A stretch of DNA of 64,000 nt from a virus. A program made the position numbers and the translations under genes. Under the pieces are notes generated by a model. It saw only the letters and a list, made by a program, of their open reading frames with translations, ran no database searches and had not been told where the DNA came from. The DNA lies in IMG/VR virus record IMGVR_UViG_3300046501_000460, positions 1 through 64,000 of that record; one strand, written 5' to 3'. Shown here in pieces: positions 18,200-29,200 of the stretch; positions within the stretch are counted from its first letter, which is position 1, and each line of letters opens with the position of its first letter.

Positions 18200-18434
18200 A
18201 CTTCGCTCGATCCCTGCTCAGCCTCGTCACGATCGTCGTGCTGGTGGCCATCGACAACCAGGCCAGCGGCCCCGACGGCCTGATCAACTACGGCGACCTG
18301 ATGCGCCTCGTGGTCTGGTCCCTGATCGCCTGCAACGCTGTCACCATCTACGAGTATGTGCGCAAGGTGGCGCATGACTGAATTCGACCTGATGCAGCTG
18401 GCCATGGTCGCCGCCGGCGCCATGGCCCTGATCG

Positions 18435-19172
18435 TCATTGCATGGCCGGAGTCCAGCGCGAGCCGTCAGGCAGGTACGCAAACACCCGCTGCTCTGCCGG
18501 ATCGAACCTAAATTCCGTGCAGCCCGCAAGGGTCGCGGCCAGGCGCACCCTGTAGTCGTCACACACGTGGATCGCGACCGGGATGTCGATCCACTTATCC
18601 TTGACCCAGTGCCACTCGCGACCCTCGATAGCCTTGGGCCGAGACGGCTTCTTGAAGTCCGTCTTGACGTTGACAGGCTTGCGCACCGCGCCGGTCTCCA
18701 GCAGATACTTGGCGCGCAGGTCGCGCTCGAATGCCTCCACGCGCTCGACATACACCATGTCGCGCCGGTAAAACTCGGCAGCCATCATCTCCCAGTGTGC
18801 CCGGCAGGCGCCCGGTGAGATGTGACCCATGTTGCTCAGCGGATGGAAGTACAGCGGACCCTTCTTGATCTCACGGTAACGCAGGCGCTTCACGCGCGCC
18901 GGGTAGAGGTTGCCACGCGAGAAGTCCAGGGGATCGGTCCCCAGCTGGACAACTGGAAACTCGGGCCAGTTGCCGTAATACAGGCACCACGCGATGTCGA
19001 CACCGCGCAAGCGTTGGCCATTGAACAGCGTGACCGCGTGATTCGCATCCATGCTTTTCACAGGCATCGCGGCACCCGATGCAAGCTTGCGGTAGAGGTG
19101 CGGACCCTCTAATACAAAAAAGACATGTACGTCCTCTGGAGGGAGGATCGCGTTGAGGTGAGTGTTGGCCAT
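18435..19172 (-). CDS. Protein with a degenerate HNH-like domain
   Basis: IAWCLYYGNWPEFPVVQLGTDPLDFSRGNL aligns to the HNH pattern HRLAW...GEWP..IDHING...DNR..NL but lacks the catalytic His and Asn. Confidence 0.6.
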   Translation of the reverse strand: MANTHLNAILPPEDVHVFFVLEGPHLYRKLASGAAMPVKSMDANHAVTLFNGQRLRGVDIAWCLYYGNWPEFPVVQLGTDPLDFSRGNLYPARVKRLRYREIKKGPLYFHPLSNMGHISPGACRAHWEMMAAEFYRRDMVYVERVEAFERDLRAKYLLETGAVRKPVNVKTDFKKPSRPKAIEGREWHWVKDKWIDIPVAIHVCDDYRVRLAATLAGCTEFRFDPAEQRVFAYLPDGSRWTPAMQ

Positions 19173-19708
19173 AATTACCCTTTTCGTTGTCAGGTGGGAA
19201 ACATCAGGAGCACAGTCCGCTCTTGAAGTTACAAATAATAGCACAGAATCCAAGGTGTGCAAGCGGGTGCTTCCCTCTAGACACACCTAAAAAGGTAACT
19301 ACTTATACTGTGATGACATATCCTGATAGGCTTTTTGAAAATTTTGGCTAGAGCGTTTTGGTGTTGAGTCCGTTCTGTTCCCTTATTTTGGTCCTTTTTT
19401 CAAAACGCGTTTTTGGGGGGGCCTTTTATAATTTCTGAAGTGCCGTCCAGAGCACAGAAAATACCTAGGTAAGTCACAGGAATTTAAGTTTTCTGTATAG
19501 TAAGTTTAAAGTGAAGTGTTCTCTTGCCCTATTTCGGATGTGTGCTTCTTTGGACTTCTCGTGCACACTTTTTAAGCAACGTCCGCAAACTGTCACCTTA
19601 TGTGACCTCTCCCCATACTTACTGTGCGCCAGTACTCTTATTCCACGTGCTTGTACGATTCTGGTGGGGGGTACACGCGAATTCACAGCAAAAACTCATT
19701 CTTACGCC
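19173..19708. other. AT-rich divergent intergenic region (candidate origin or control region)
   Basis: About 535 bp of markedly lower GC with T-runs; AGCACAG repeated at 19209, 19240 and 19451. Confidence 0.45.
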
Positions 19709-20128
19709 ATGAAATCTTTCTTCCCGTTCAAGAATCCGACCTTGAAAGAAGTACAACAACGTGAAATTTGTGAAACCGAGCTTGCGCTGCACGAAGCCCG
19801 CATCGCCAAGGATCGTGCCGACGCCACCGTCAGCATGTTCGAAACCCGCCTCGAAAGGCTCCGACGTGAACACTTTGGAAATTGACGCCGTGCTAACAAC
19901 TGCCTACCACGCGGCCGCCACGCTGGCCGCTGCCGAGGTCAAGAAGCACCTGCACCGCTTCGACCTGCGCCGGCATCCGGTCAGCTGCCACGGCGGCTGC
20001 CTGCTCGTGGGCAGCCGCCCCTTCTTCGAGTTCACCGGTGCCCATCCGCTGCATCACGCCATCCGCGAGGCTGGGCAGTTCATCGACGTGCTGCCCATGC
20101 CCGTCCGACGGCTTGTGGGGACCTACCT

Positions 20129-20428
20129 ATGAAGAACCAGTTCCGCGCGCGTATCCTCACGGCGATCCGCGCCCTGATCGACACCAACCCGACCTTGGGC
20201 ATCGCACAGGCCGCAGACCTGATCGCCAGGGAAGACCACCGCCGCAAGGTGCACGAGGTCTGCACCACCATCATCCTCGAGGTGGCGCAGGACCTCGAAC
20301 CTTGCGAATCGATCGATGCCTACCTGCGCCAGCACGGCAGCGCCGTAACGCCCCACCAGGCCCGCCTGAACTGGCTGGCAGACGCCATCAAGCGCTGCGC
20401 CACCATGCCCGACAAGGAGACAGCATGA
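20129..20428 (+). CDS. Distant member of the 'ARLAWLD' paralog family
   Basis: C-terminal QARLNWLADAI and similar helical N-terminus. Confidence 0.6.
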   Translation: MKNQFRARILTAIRALIDTNPTLGIAQAADLIAREDHRRKVHEVCTTIILEVAQDLEPCESIDAYLRQHGSAVTPHQARLNWLADAIKRCATMPDKETA

Positions 20429-21546
20429 CCAATTCCGCCTACGTACTCGACCTCGAACAGCAGGTTTCCGACCTCACCGGCGACTGTTACCAGAAGCAAA
20501 ATCGCATCCACGACCTTGAGGCCGAGAACGAGAACCTGCAGCGCGAGTTCGACGAGACCGTGCAGGTGCGAGACCAGCTGCTGCGCGACCTTGCTGCCCT
20601 GCGTGAACAGCGCAACAAGCCCACGATCGAGGCCGTCGCCGCCCAGGCCGCGCAAGCCGAGCATGCCGTGCTTGAGGCTTACCTCAAGGTGGCTCTGGCC
20701 GGCCGCGACCCAGCCGACTTCCGCCTGTACCAGCGGACTGACTGGTCGAGCAACACCCGCGAAACGTGGCTGGAGCCGAAATGAGACCCTTCCAGACCAC
20801 CTATTACGGCCCCGGCCGCGGCAAGAAGAAGCCCATCGTCAAGATCACCTACGGCAGCAATCGCCACGAGATCCTCCCCAACATCATGCGCCGCCTGACC
20901 CAGAACCTCGACGGCGCGGTCGTTGTCGAGACCATCGACGTCGAGTACGGCGAGCTGCTGCTCGTCGTCACGATGTTCCCGGGCGAAGCGATCCGCGTCG
21001 CCTTCAAGAAAGCCACCCACCCGGTCCTCGTGACCCACGAACTGGAGTAACCCATGACCCACACCCTCGAAACCGCCAACGACCTGATCGACCGCTATTA
21101 CGCCCTGGTCAAGGCCCAAGCCGACGAGATCGCCCAGCTGCGGGAAGAGCGCGACCTGCTGCAGCGCACCCGTATCGACGACCATACCGCCGAGCTCGAG
21201 GCCCTCAAGCGGGCCCGCCGCGAAGAGCTGGCCGAGTTGGCGCGCGTCTCCGGTGAGCTGGCCAGCGTTTCCGCCGAGCGCGAGAAGCTGATCGAAGCCC
21301 GCCACAACCAGGCCGACACCATCACCCGCCTGCAGCACGAACTTGCCGAGATGACCCGGCTGCGCGATCAGTGGCATCAAGCCTACACGGGCGACGCCGC
21401 CCAGCACGACAAGACGGCCACTATGCTCTGGCAGGTGGAGCAGCAGCATAACGACCTGCTCACGAAGTGCGCCAAGCAGAAGGAGACCATCGACCGCCTG
21501 CAGCACATCATCGCCAATGTTCAATCCCTCGTTTCGGAGGCCTGAC

Positions 21547-21843
21547 ATGACCCTGACCTGCGACCACCTCCCACCCCTGCGCGGCGCACACGATCTGCTC
21601 GCCAACTATGAGTACGACTACATCTGCCCGGCCCTGTCCGATGCCGCCAACAGGCTGGATCTCGACCAGGAAACTGTCACGCCCATTCACGAGGTCATCA
21701 CCCAAGGTATCGACCACTACAGCGTACTGGACAGCTGGCTCTATGACCAAGGTTTCCGGCCGCAAGGTGAGGCCGACTACATGCGCCTCGCACGACTTGC
21801 GTGGCTGGACAAACTCATCTGGGATATCAAGCATGCTGAATAA
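21547..21843 (+). CDS. 'ARLAWLD' paralog 1
   Basis: LTCDHLP...YICPAL...LARLAWLDKLIWDI. Confidence 0.75.
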   Translation: MTLTCDHLPPLRGAHDLLANYEYDYICPALSDAANRLDLDQETVTPIHEVITQGIDHYSVLDSWLYDQGFRPQGEADYMRLARLAWLDKLIWDIKHAE

Positions 21844-22156
21844 ACAACACCTCCCCATCCTCAAGGCCGCGCGCGACATCGTGTTCGAGAAGGACGGCCC
21901 GATCTGCAGCGCCTTGGACGAGGTGCCCGCCAGCCGTATCCTCATCCGCGACGTCAAGCTGTACATCGCCGTACATCTGGCGCCGCGCAACCTGATGTCG
22001 ACGTGGCTGCTCGAGCAGATGTTTCCGAACATACCCATCCGGGACGTGCCCGAGCCCTACCTCGGTGGGTACTGTGCCGAGAACGGCGTGCTGACCCTCG
22101 CCCGACTTGCGTGGCTCGATCGCATCATCGCCGACATCGAGGAGCAGTCGTGCTGA
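21833..22156 (+). CDS. 'ARLAWLD' paralog 2
   Basis: LNKQHLP...PICSAL...LARLAWLDRIIADI. Confidence 0.75.
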   Translation: MLNKQHLPILKAARDIVFEKDGPICSALDEVPASRILIRDVKLYIAVHLAPRNLMSTWLLEQMFPNIPIRDVPEPYLGGYCAENGVLTLARLAWLDRIIADIEEQSC

Positions 22157-22494
22157 CCCGTGACCACCTACCGCTGCTGCACGCCGCGCGTGAGCTGATC
22201 GAAACAGGCCGGGAGGAGTTCATCTGCCTGGCCGCCAACGAGGCCCACTACAGGCAAGACCAGAGGCTGTTTGACGCCTCCCCCAAGCTTCTGGACGATA
22301 TCGTCCACCACGTCCAATCGGCCCTAGCCGGCTACGAGACTCTGGAAGAGTGGCTGGCTGAGGAGATCGCGCCGGATTACTCGTACAGCCCACGCATCAC
22401 GCTGCGGGCGCACAACATTAACACCCGGCACATGACCCTGGCCCGGCTTGCGTGGCTGGACAAAATCATCCATGACATCGAGGAGAACACATGA
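22150..22494 (+). CDS. 'ARLAWLD' paralog 3
   Basis: LTRDHLP...FICLAA...LARLAWLDKIIHDI; GTG start. Confidence 0.75.
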   Translation: MLTRDHLPLLHAARELIETGREEFICLAANEAHYRQDQRLFDASPKLLDDIVHHVQSALAGYETLEEWLAEEIAPDYSYSPRITLRAHNINTRHMTLARLAWLDKIIHDIEENT

Positions 22495-25092
22495 CCACCA
22501 ACCTTCTCATCGGCACCGCACCGTCCGACGACTATCCCGGTCTGCTCAACATCAGCGTACAGATCGTGCAGGACGGCGGTTCGATCGTCGTTTATCAGGG
22601 TCGTCACATCATGGCCAGGCCAGACGTCGGCGGTGCGGAACTGCCCGCCATCCAGCCCATGACCGCCGAACGCGCGCACGACATCCTCAACGACGGCGCG
22701 GCGTACATCCGCTTCGACGCCGACTCTGTTCTCCTCGACGGTTACTTCAGTCTCGACGAGCTGCAGGCTGTTATCACCCTCTTTCACAAGGATCCGAAAT
22801 GACCATCGACATCAGCGCCGACATCGCCGGCGCCATCGACATGCTGCGCACCGTCGCCACGTGCGGCGACAACGAATGTTCGGACTGCCGCGCGTACGCC
22901 AAGCGCCACCGCAGGAATCTGCTGCAGGTGCAGGCCCAGCTCACACCCGAGCTGCGCAACGCCGCGCGCTACCGCGGCATGCGCGACGCCCTCATCAACC
23001 AGGACCTGTCCTTCTTCGATCGCATGGAGGCCGCCTGCCCCAAGCTGCGCGACGAGAGCGCAGACGTGATGCCCACGGCCGAGGAGTGGGACGCGGCACT
23101 GGACCACGTGCTCGGGCTGGGGAGCTGACATGGCCATCGACCACGACACCATCCGCGCCGTGTTCCTGCAGCACGGCTTCACCGTCAAGGAGGGGCAGGC
23201 CGACCTCAAGCCGTACGTGTTCGAGGCGGCCGAGGCGCTGCTCGACCTGCAGAACCTTGCGGAGCGCATCCGCACCGTACTGCCAGCCGACGCGCAGCTG
23301 GCGCGCAGCCAGTGGCTGACGGTTGAGGAGGCCTACGCCCAGTACGACGGCCGCCACAAGATAGATCTGGCGACCTTCAAGGCGCTGTGCGCCAAGCACG
23401 GCTGGCGTTGGGAGCGGCCGCTGTCCATGCGGCCGGTACTGACCGAAGACCAGATCCACACGCTGCGCTGTGCGGCCGAGAACATGCGCAGCGACGACGA
23501 TTCAATAACCGCCGCCGCGCGCTTCCGCCTGGCCCACCAACTGGAGCACATCGCAAACTGCGCCACCCTTCATCTGCCCAAGGACTGACATGCCCTACAT
23601 CACACTCACCGAGATCAGTAACCCCAGCCAGCCGCGCGCGGTCCTCGTGAACATCGCCCACATCCAGATCATCAGCACGCGCAAGGTCGCGAATTACGGC
23701 GACACGCACCACACGCTGAAGACCTATATCGAGATCGCCGGCCGCGCCGACGTGCTGGACGTGGCTGAGACGCCGACCGACATCCTGCGTGCGATCGAGG
23801 AGGCCGGCCATGCATGACATCTACCCCTTCGTCCTGCAGCGCCAGGCCGGCGAAGAGCTCTGGGGCCGCTTCTGGGTCGAGAACCCGGACCGCCGCGTGG
23901 CATGGTCTCATGTGCGCGTCGCGGTGCGCAGCCCGATACACATCGAATTTGCCGTGTACGACTACCGCGGGCTGATCGCCGAGATCAGCCACAGCTACAG
24001 CGACACCACCCTGTACCCATTCGTCAACGAGGAGCAGCTGCGCGTTGCCGGCCGCGTGCTGGCCGAGCGCGAGCGACTTGCGGCCGCGCGTGAACTGGAG
24101 GCCAAACTGGCCGCCATCCACCTCGAACTTTTCGGAGAACCACCCCAATGCGAATCGACCGACTCCAACGACTGACCCAGATCCTAGCCCGTGTGCCGGA
24201 AGATCAGTTCGACCTGTCCACGTGGCAGTGCGGCACCGCTGCGTGTGCGGTCGGGCATGCAGCCAGAGACCCGCAATTTCAGATCGAGGGCCTGCGCCTG
24301 TCGAGTCCGCTCGCTGGCTATCCGACCATCGTCATCGACGGCGAGGAGCTCAAGCACTGGGACGCCGTGCAGGTGTTCTTCGAGCTGCGCGAGGATCAGG
24401 CGTATGCGCTGTTCAATGAGGACGCCTACCGGTACAACGGCATCCCGAATCCGCGCGCGATGCATGTCGTCGCCCGCATCAACGACATGATCGCACGGCA
24501 CCAGCAGGAGGCAGCATGATTCGCTTCCTCTGCACCATCGCCGCCGCCATCCTGCTCGTCGCCGCCATCGGCGCCGAAATCTCGCGGCCCTATTTCAAAC
24601 ACGACCACATGGAGACCCGGAAATGACCTCCGAAGAAATCGCTGCGCGCCTGCGCGCCGCGGCAAAAGATCCAGCCAGCCTGCTGTACGCCGAGGACGCC
24701 GAGTACGTGCTGCGCACGGCCGCCAACATGGTCGAGGGCTATCAGAAGTTCCTCAACAAGACCGACTGGGTGCAGATGGAGTACCTCGAAGGACGAGGCT
24801 TCTCGAACGCCAGCGGCCGGCACCGCGCCGACCTGCTGACCGAGGAGGTCGACCGGCTGCGCGCCGAGGTGGCGCGGCTGCGTGGCGTCATGCCGGACCC
24901 GGCATGCACCTACTATCTAGCGCGTGCGCGCGGTGCCGTGGTCCTGCGCCAGACGCGCTACCGTGACCTGCTGCTGGCTGGCGAGCCGCATCCGCACGAC
25001 GTGTGCGCCGTAGCAGGCAGCAAGCAGCAGATGCGCCAGACGGCTATGGCCCTGCAGGGCACCATCGACTGGTCCAGCATTCCGGAGGATGA

Positions 25093-25569
25093 ATGAAATC
25101 GACTGTTGCAGAAGTGCGCACCGAGTACCGCAGCGATGACGCTGTGATTGAGGCTGCCCGGCGCATCCTAGTCAAGCGCCTGAAGCAGCCCGGCGCGGCG
25201 TTCTCCTCGCCGAATGACGTCAAGGCCTACTTGACGCTGCAGCTGGCACAGCTTGAATCTGAGCGATTCGACGTCCTGTTTCTCGATGTCAAGAATCGAA
25301 TGATTCGGCATGAGGCCATGTTCGCCGGCACCGTTACCAGCAGCACCGTGCATCCGCGTGAGGTGGTCAAGCTGGCGCTGGCCCTGAACGCCACCGGCGT
25401 GATCCTGGCGCACAACCACCCATCCGGCGTGGCCGAGCCAAGTGACGCCGACCACCGCCTGACGCGCGCGCTGACTCAGGCCCTGGGATTGATTGACGTT
25501 CGCGTGCTGGACCATATCATCGTGGCCGGCGTGACCACGTATTCGTTTGCCGAACATGGCCTGGTCTAG
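25093..25569 (+). CDS. radC: RadC-like JAB/MPN domain protein
   Basis: VHPREVVK, LAHNHPSG..EPSDAD and VLDHIIV motifs. Confidence 0.92.
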   Translation: MKSTVAEVRTEYRSDDAVIEAARRILVKRLKQPGAAFSSPNDVKAYLTLQLAQLESERFDVLFLDVKNRMIRHEAMFAGTVTSSTVHPREVVKLALALNATGVILAHNHPSGVAEPSDADHRLTRALTQALGLIDVRVLDHIIVAGVTTYSFAEHGLV

Positions 25570-25751
25570 AGGGTACGAATGAAGATCCTCACCCTGCACG
25601 AGAAGATCACCCTCAAGGGCGAGCTGGCGCGCCGTGGCGCGCCGCCGTCCCTGCTGGTGCGTCTCACCGCGGCGACCGCTGCGTGCCTGCACTGGCGCGG
25701 CTACGGCCGGCCAATGTCCACCCGTTGTTCACCCACACCCAAGGAGTAACT

Positions 25752-26288
25752 ATGCCTCACGTAATGATTGACATCGAAACGCTCGGCACCGCGCCGGGCT
25801 CCGTCATCCTCTCGATTGGCGCCGTCTGCTTCGACCAGCGTGGCGTCCACCACGACAAGAAGGCCCACTGGACTATCGATCCCAAAAGCTGTGTGGCGCA
25901 GGGCCTGACCATTGATCCAGACACCGTGGCCTGGTGGATGCGCCAGAGCGACGCTGCGCGCGTTGCGGCATTTGCCGTCGAGCCGCTGCACCTGATCCGC
26001 GCCCTGAGCAGCCTGCACGAGTGGTACGAAATGCAGGCTGGCGAGAAGGTCTGGTGCCACGGTGCCACGTTCGACGTGCCGCTACTGGACGCTGCATATC
26101 GTGCAGTCTATGTGCAGGCGCCGTGGCACTTCTCCGCGGTCCGCTGCACCCGCACGCTGTACGAGCTGGCCGATGTCTGGCCGGATCGCACGAAGGGTAC
26201 GCACCACAACGCGCTGGATGACGCCATCGCACAAGCCGAAGCCGCAGTGCTGGCGCACCAGAAGCTGGGCATCTGGGAGGCAGCATGA
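25752..26288 (+). CDS. 3'-5' exonuclease (DEDDh, ExoVIII/RNase AS-like)
   Basis: HVMIDIETLG, WCHGATFDVPLL, RCTRTL and HNALDDA motifs. Confidence 0.88.
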   Translation: MPHVMIDIETLGTAPGSVILSIGAVCFDQRGVHHDKKAHWTIDPKSCVAQGLTIDPDTVAWWMRQSDAARVAAFAVEPLHLIRALSSLHEWYEMQAGEKVWCHGATFDVPLLDAAYRAVYVQAPWHFSAVRCTRTLYELADVWPDRTKGTHHNALDDAIAQAEAAVLAHQKLGIWEAA

Positions 26289-29200
26289 GCTACGTCCTCA
26301 TCGTCCTGATGCTCAACAGCGTCTGGTATCAGGCCAGCGCAAACTCGCCGCGCAGCCAGCCGGCACCGACCGTGACCATGCAGGAGTTCGATAGCGAGAA
26401 GGCCTGCCTGTTTGCCGGCAACGCGATCCTGCGCCGTGCTGGCGAAGCCGCCGGCCATCTGCGCGCGGTGTGCGTGCCGAAGGGAGACCGGAAGTGAACC
26501 TCTACTGGGCCTACCACGGCACCGAGTTCAAGCCGCTGGGCCGCCACGCCAGTTGGGACGACGCTGCGCATTACGCCGACGGCGCGCTGCCCGGCTGGCA
26601 CAGCGTCGTCTCGATCGACGAGCTGCGCACGCTGCACACCCAGATCGGCCTGCAACTTGGGCAGCGCATCCCGTCCGACCAGCTGGGTCAGCACGCCGAA
26701 GCATATCTCGACACGCTCCAGCGGCTGGGCCCGCAGGATCCGGAATACTGGCCGGCGCGCCGGCGCACGACGTCAGCCAAGGCGCGGCTGGAAGCCTTCA
26801 TCCGCCAATTTGCGAAAGGAAACTGATGATCTCCAAACCCGATCCCGCAGCAGAGCGCCGCGCACGCCAGCAGCACGCCCTGTCCATGCTGCAGATCGCC
26901 ATCGAAGAGGCAAGGGCCTGCGGCCTGCTCGAACGCATCGCCAACACCTGCATCCGGTACCGCAGTGTCGACGACGTCTGCCACGTGCTTGACCATTTCG
27001 CGAAAGGAAACCTGTAATGCAACTCGAAATCAAAATCGTTATCGACTTCGGCGAGGACGGCCCGCCGACGGGCGACATGAACGACATCTTCCGCTACTCC
27101 ATGGAGCGTCTGCAGGAGGCAACCACGCCGATCTGCAACACGTACGGCGCCTCGGCCACGATGCACACAGGCTGGACCTCGTCCGGCGACGACGAGGAGT
27201 GACCATGCACCGCTACAGGCTGACCATCAAGCATGACAAGGGCACCGTCCACATCGACACGCACGCCATCAACGAGGCCAAGGCGCGCGAGATCATCATG
27301 GCCGCCGAGCTCTGCCCGTCCCGGGCGATCCGCCGCGTGCGCGCCGTCGACGAGCACGGCTTCGAGATGCAGCCCTCCAACCCGAGCCAGCGCCGCGTGA
27401 TCGCGCCGCCAGCCGCCAACGTGCGCATCACCGATTTCCCGGGCTACCGACTCTCGGCCGCCAAGACCCCGACGCGCTACGAGGTGCTCCTCGACGGGCG
27501 CTGGCGCCGCGTCTTTACGACACGAGACACTGGCCTGCGCTACTGCGTCCATGACAACCTGAACGTGGTCGTGGACCTGCCGGGAGATTTGACATGAAAG
27601 AGTTGACCCATTACGGCTTGACGCGCGAGGAGTTCGCCTCCCGGGTCGGCAAACATCCGTCCTGCTTCGAGGACCGCTTACGGCCGCTGTGCGGCAACGG
27701 CAGCTATCACGCGAAGTGCGTCCGAAATGAGAAAGTGGTCGACTGCCCAGTATGCCGACAGATGCGAGGCATGCCATGAGAGCCCTGCGCGCCGCCATGG
27801 AGACCGTCGGCTGGATGACCTCCATCCTCTTCCTTCTCGGTACTCTCGGCATCGGGAAATTCGTCATGACCTATCACCTGTAAAGGAAATCAAAATGCTG
27901 AACCGCTCGAAAGTAGATCTGCTCGGCCGCGCCGCGGCCGACGTGGCCAAGTCGGCCACCGAAGTGCTGGCCCTGAACGCCAAGATGCGCCACGCCGAGA
28001 CGCAGGTGGCCGCCGTCGACTGGCACCCGTCGGCTGTGACCCGTGCGCGGGAGGATCTCGACGAGGCCGAGGCAACCCTCCGCGGCATGGTCGAGGTGCT
28101 CAAGCTGCAGATCGCGGGGCTGGAATGAGCTACCCGCCCGAACTTGCACGCGCTGATCAGCTGCTGACGGCCGAAGAACTGCGTCAGAAATACGAGACCG
28201 AGCACCCACAACACCTCCGCTGGATGTGGCGGCAGGCGGTCGTCGATGACAAGACGATCCGCAGCTACTGGGATTGGGTGCAGGCCCAGCTCGAGGAGGA
28301 GGAGCCGTGAGCCTCCTCGCCCACGCCACCGCCGGCGCCGCCGGTGCACATCTCGAGCGCGAAACTCGTGCGCTCGCCGACCTCGCCCAGCACGAAGTCG
28401 CCGAGGCGCGCCGGATCCAGGCCCAGACCGGCTGCACGTGGACCGAAGCCCTGCGCATCGCCTACCAGAACAACCGAAAGGAAAACCCATGACCCGCAAG
28501 ACCCTGAGCCTCACGCTCGACGTCACCTACGAGCTGAATGACGCCCACCCGGGCGATCTGATCGACAACCTGCTGGCGCTCGCTACGCGTGCCAGCGCCG
28601 AAGGTTGGCTGACCGAAGGCACCGATGCCGAAGTCGTCGTCGCCGATCCCACCGTCCGATATGGAGTTGAACCATGACCCAAGCACTCTACGCCCTCAAC
28701 GACGCCCAGCACGCCACCGTGCTGGCCGCGCTGCGTTACTACCAGCAGGCCCGTGCAGTGCTGCAGGACGTTCCCTTCAATGTCCGCGACATCGCCACCA
28801 ACAGCGATACCGTCACGCCGCTCACGGCCGTCGAGGTGGGCCAGCTGTGTGACAACCTGAACCACCACGGCCTGACGTTCGGCGAGATCGTCAACATCCT
28901 CGGCGCCGACAGCGGGCCGTACGTGGAGGCCGCGCACGAGCACCGGCTGCTCTCCGAAGGCACGCTCGAGGTCGACGGCAAGACGATCGTCAGCGAGAGC
29001 GAGGGCGGCGCCTACGTCATGGCCTGGCTGTGGGTGGACGTCCCGGGCGGAGATGAGGATGGCGAGGAGGATGACGAATGAACCACGACTACACCCTCGA
29101 CACATGGCGCTTCGCCAAGGATCGCTACTGCGGCAAGGTGGATCCGCTTACCGAGCGCCTGCCCAAGCTGCTGGAAGACCCCGACATCGCGGCGGCCGTC

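Noticed and set aside
26806-27017. Two adjacent ORFs both ending FAKGN
   Set aside because: Explained by the shared GCGAAAGGAAAC ribosome-binding sequence for the next gene.
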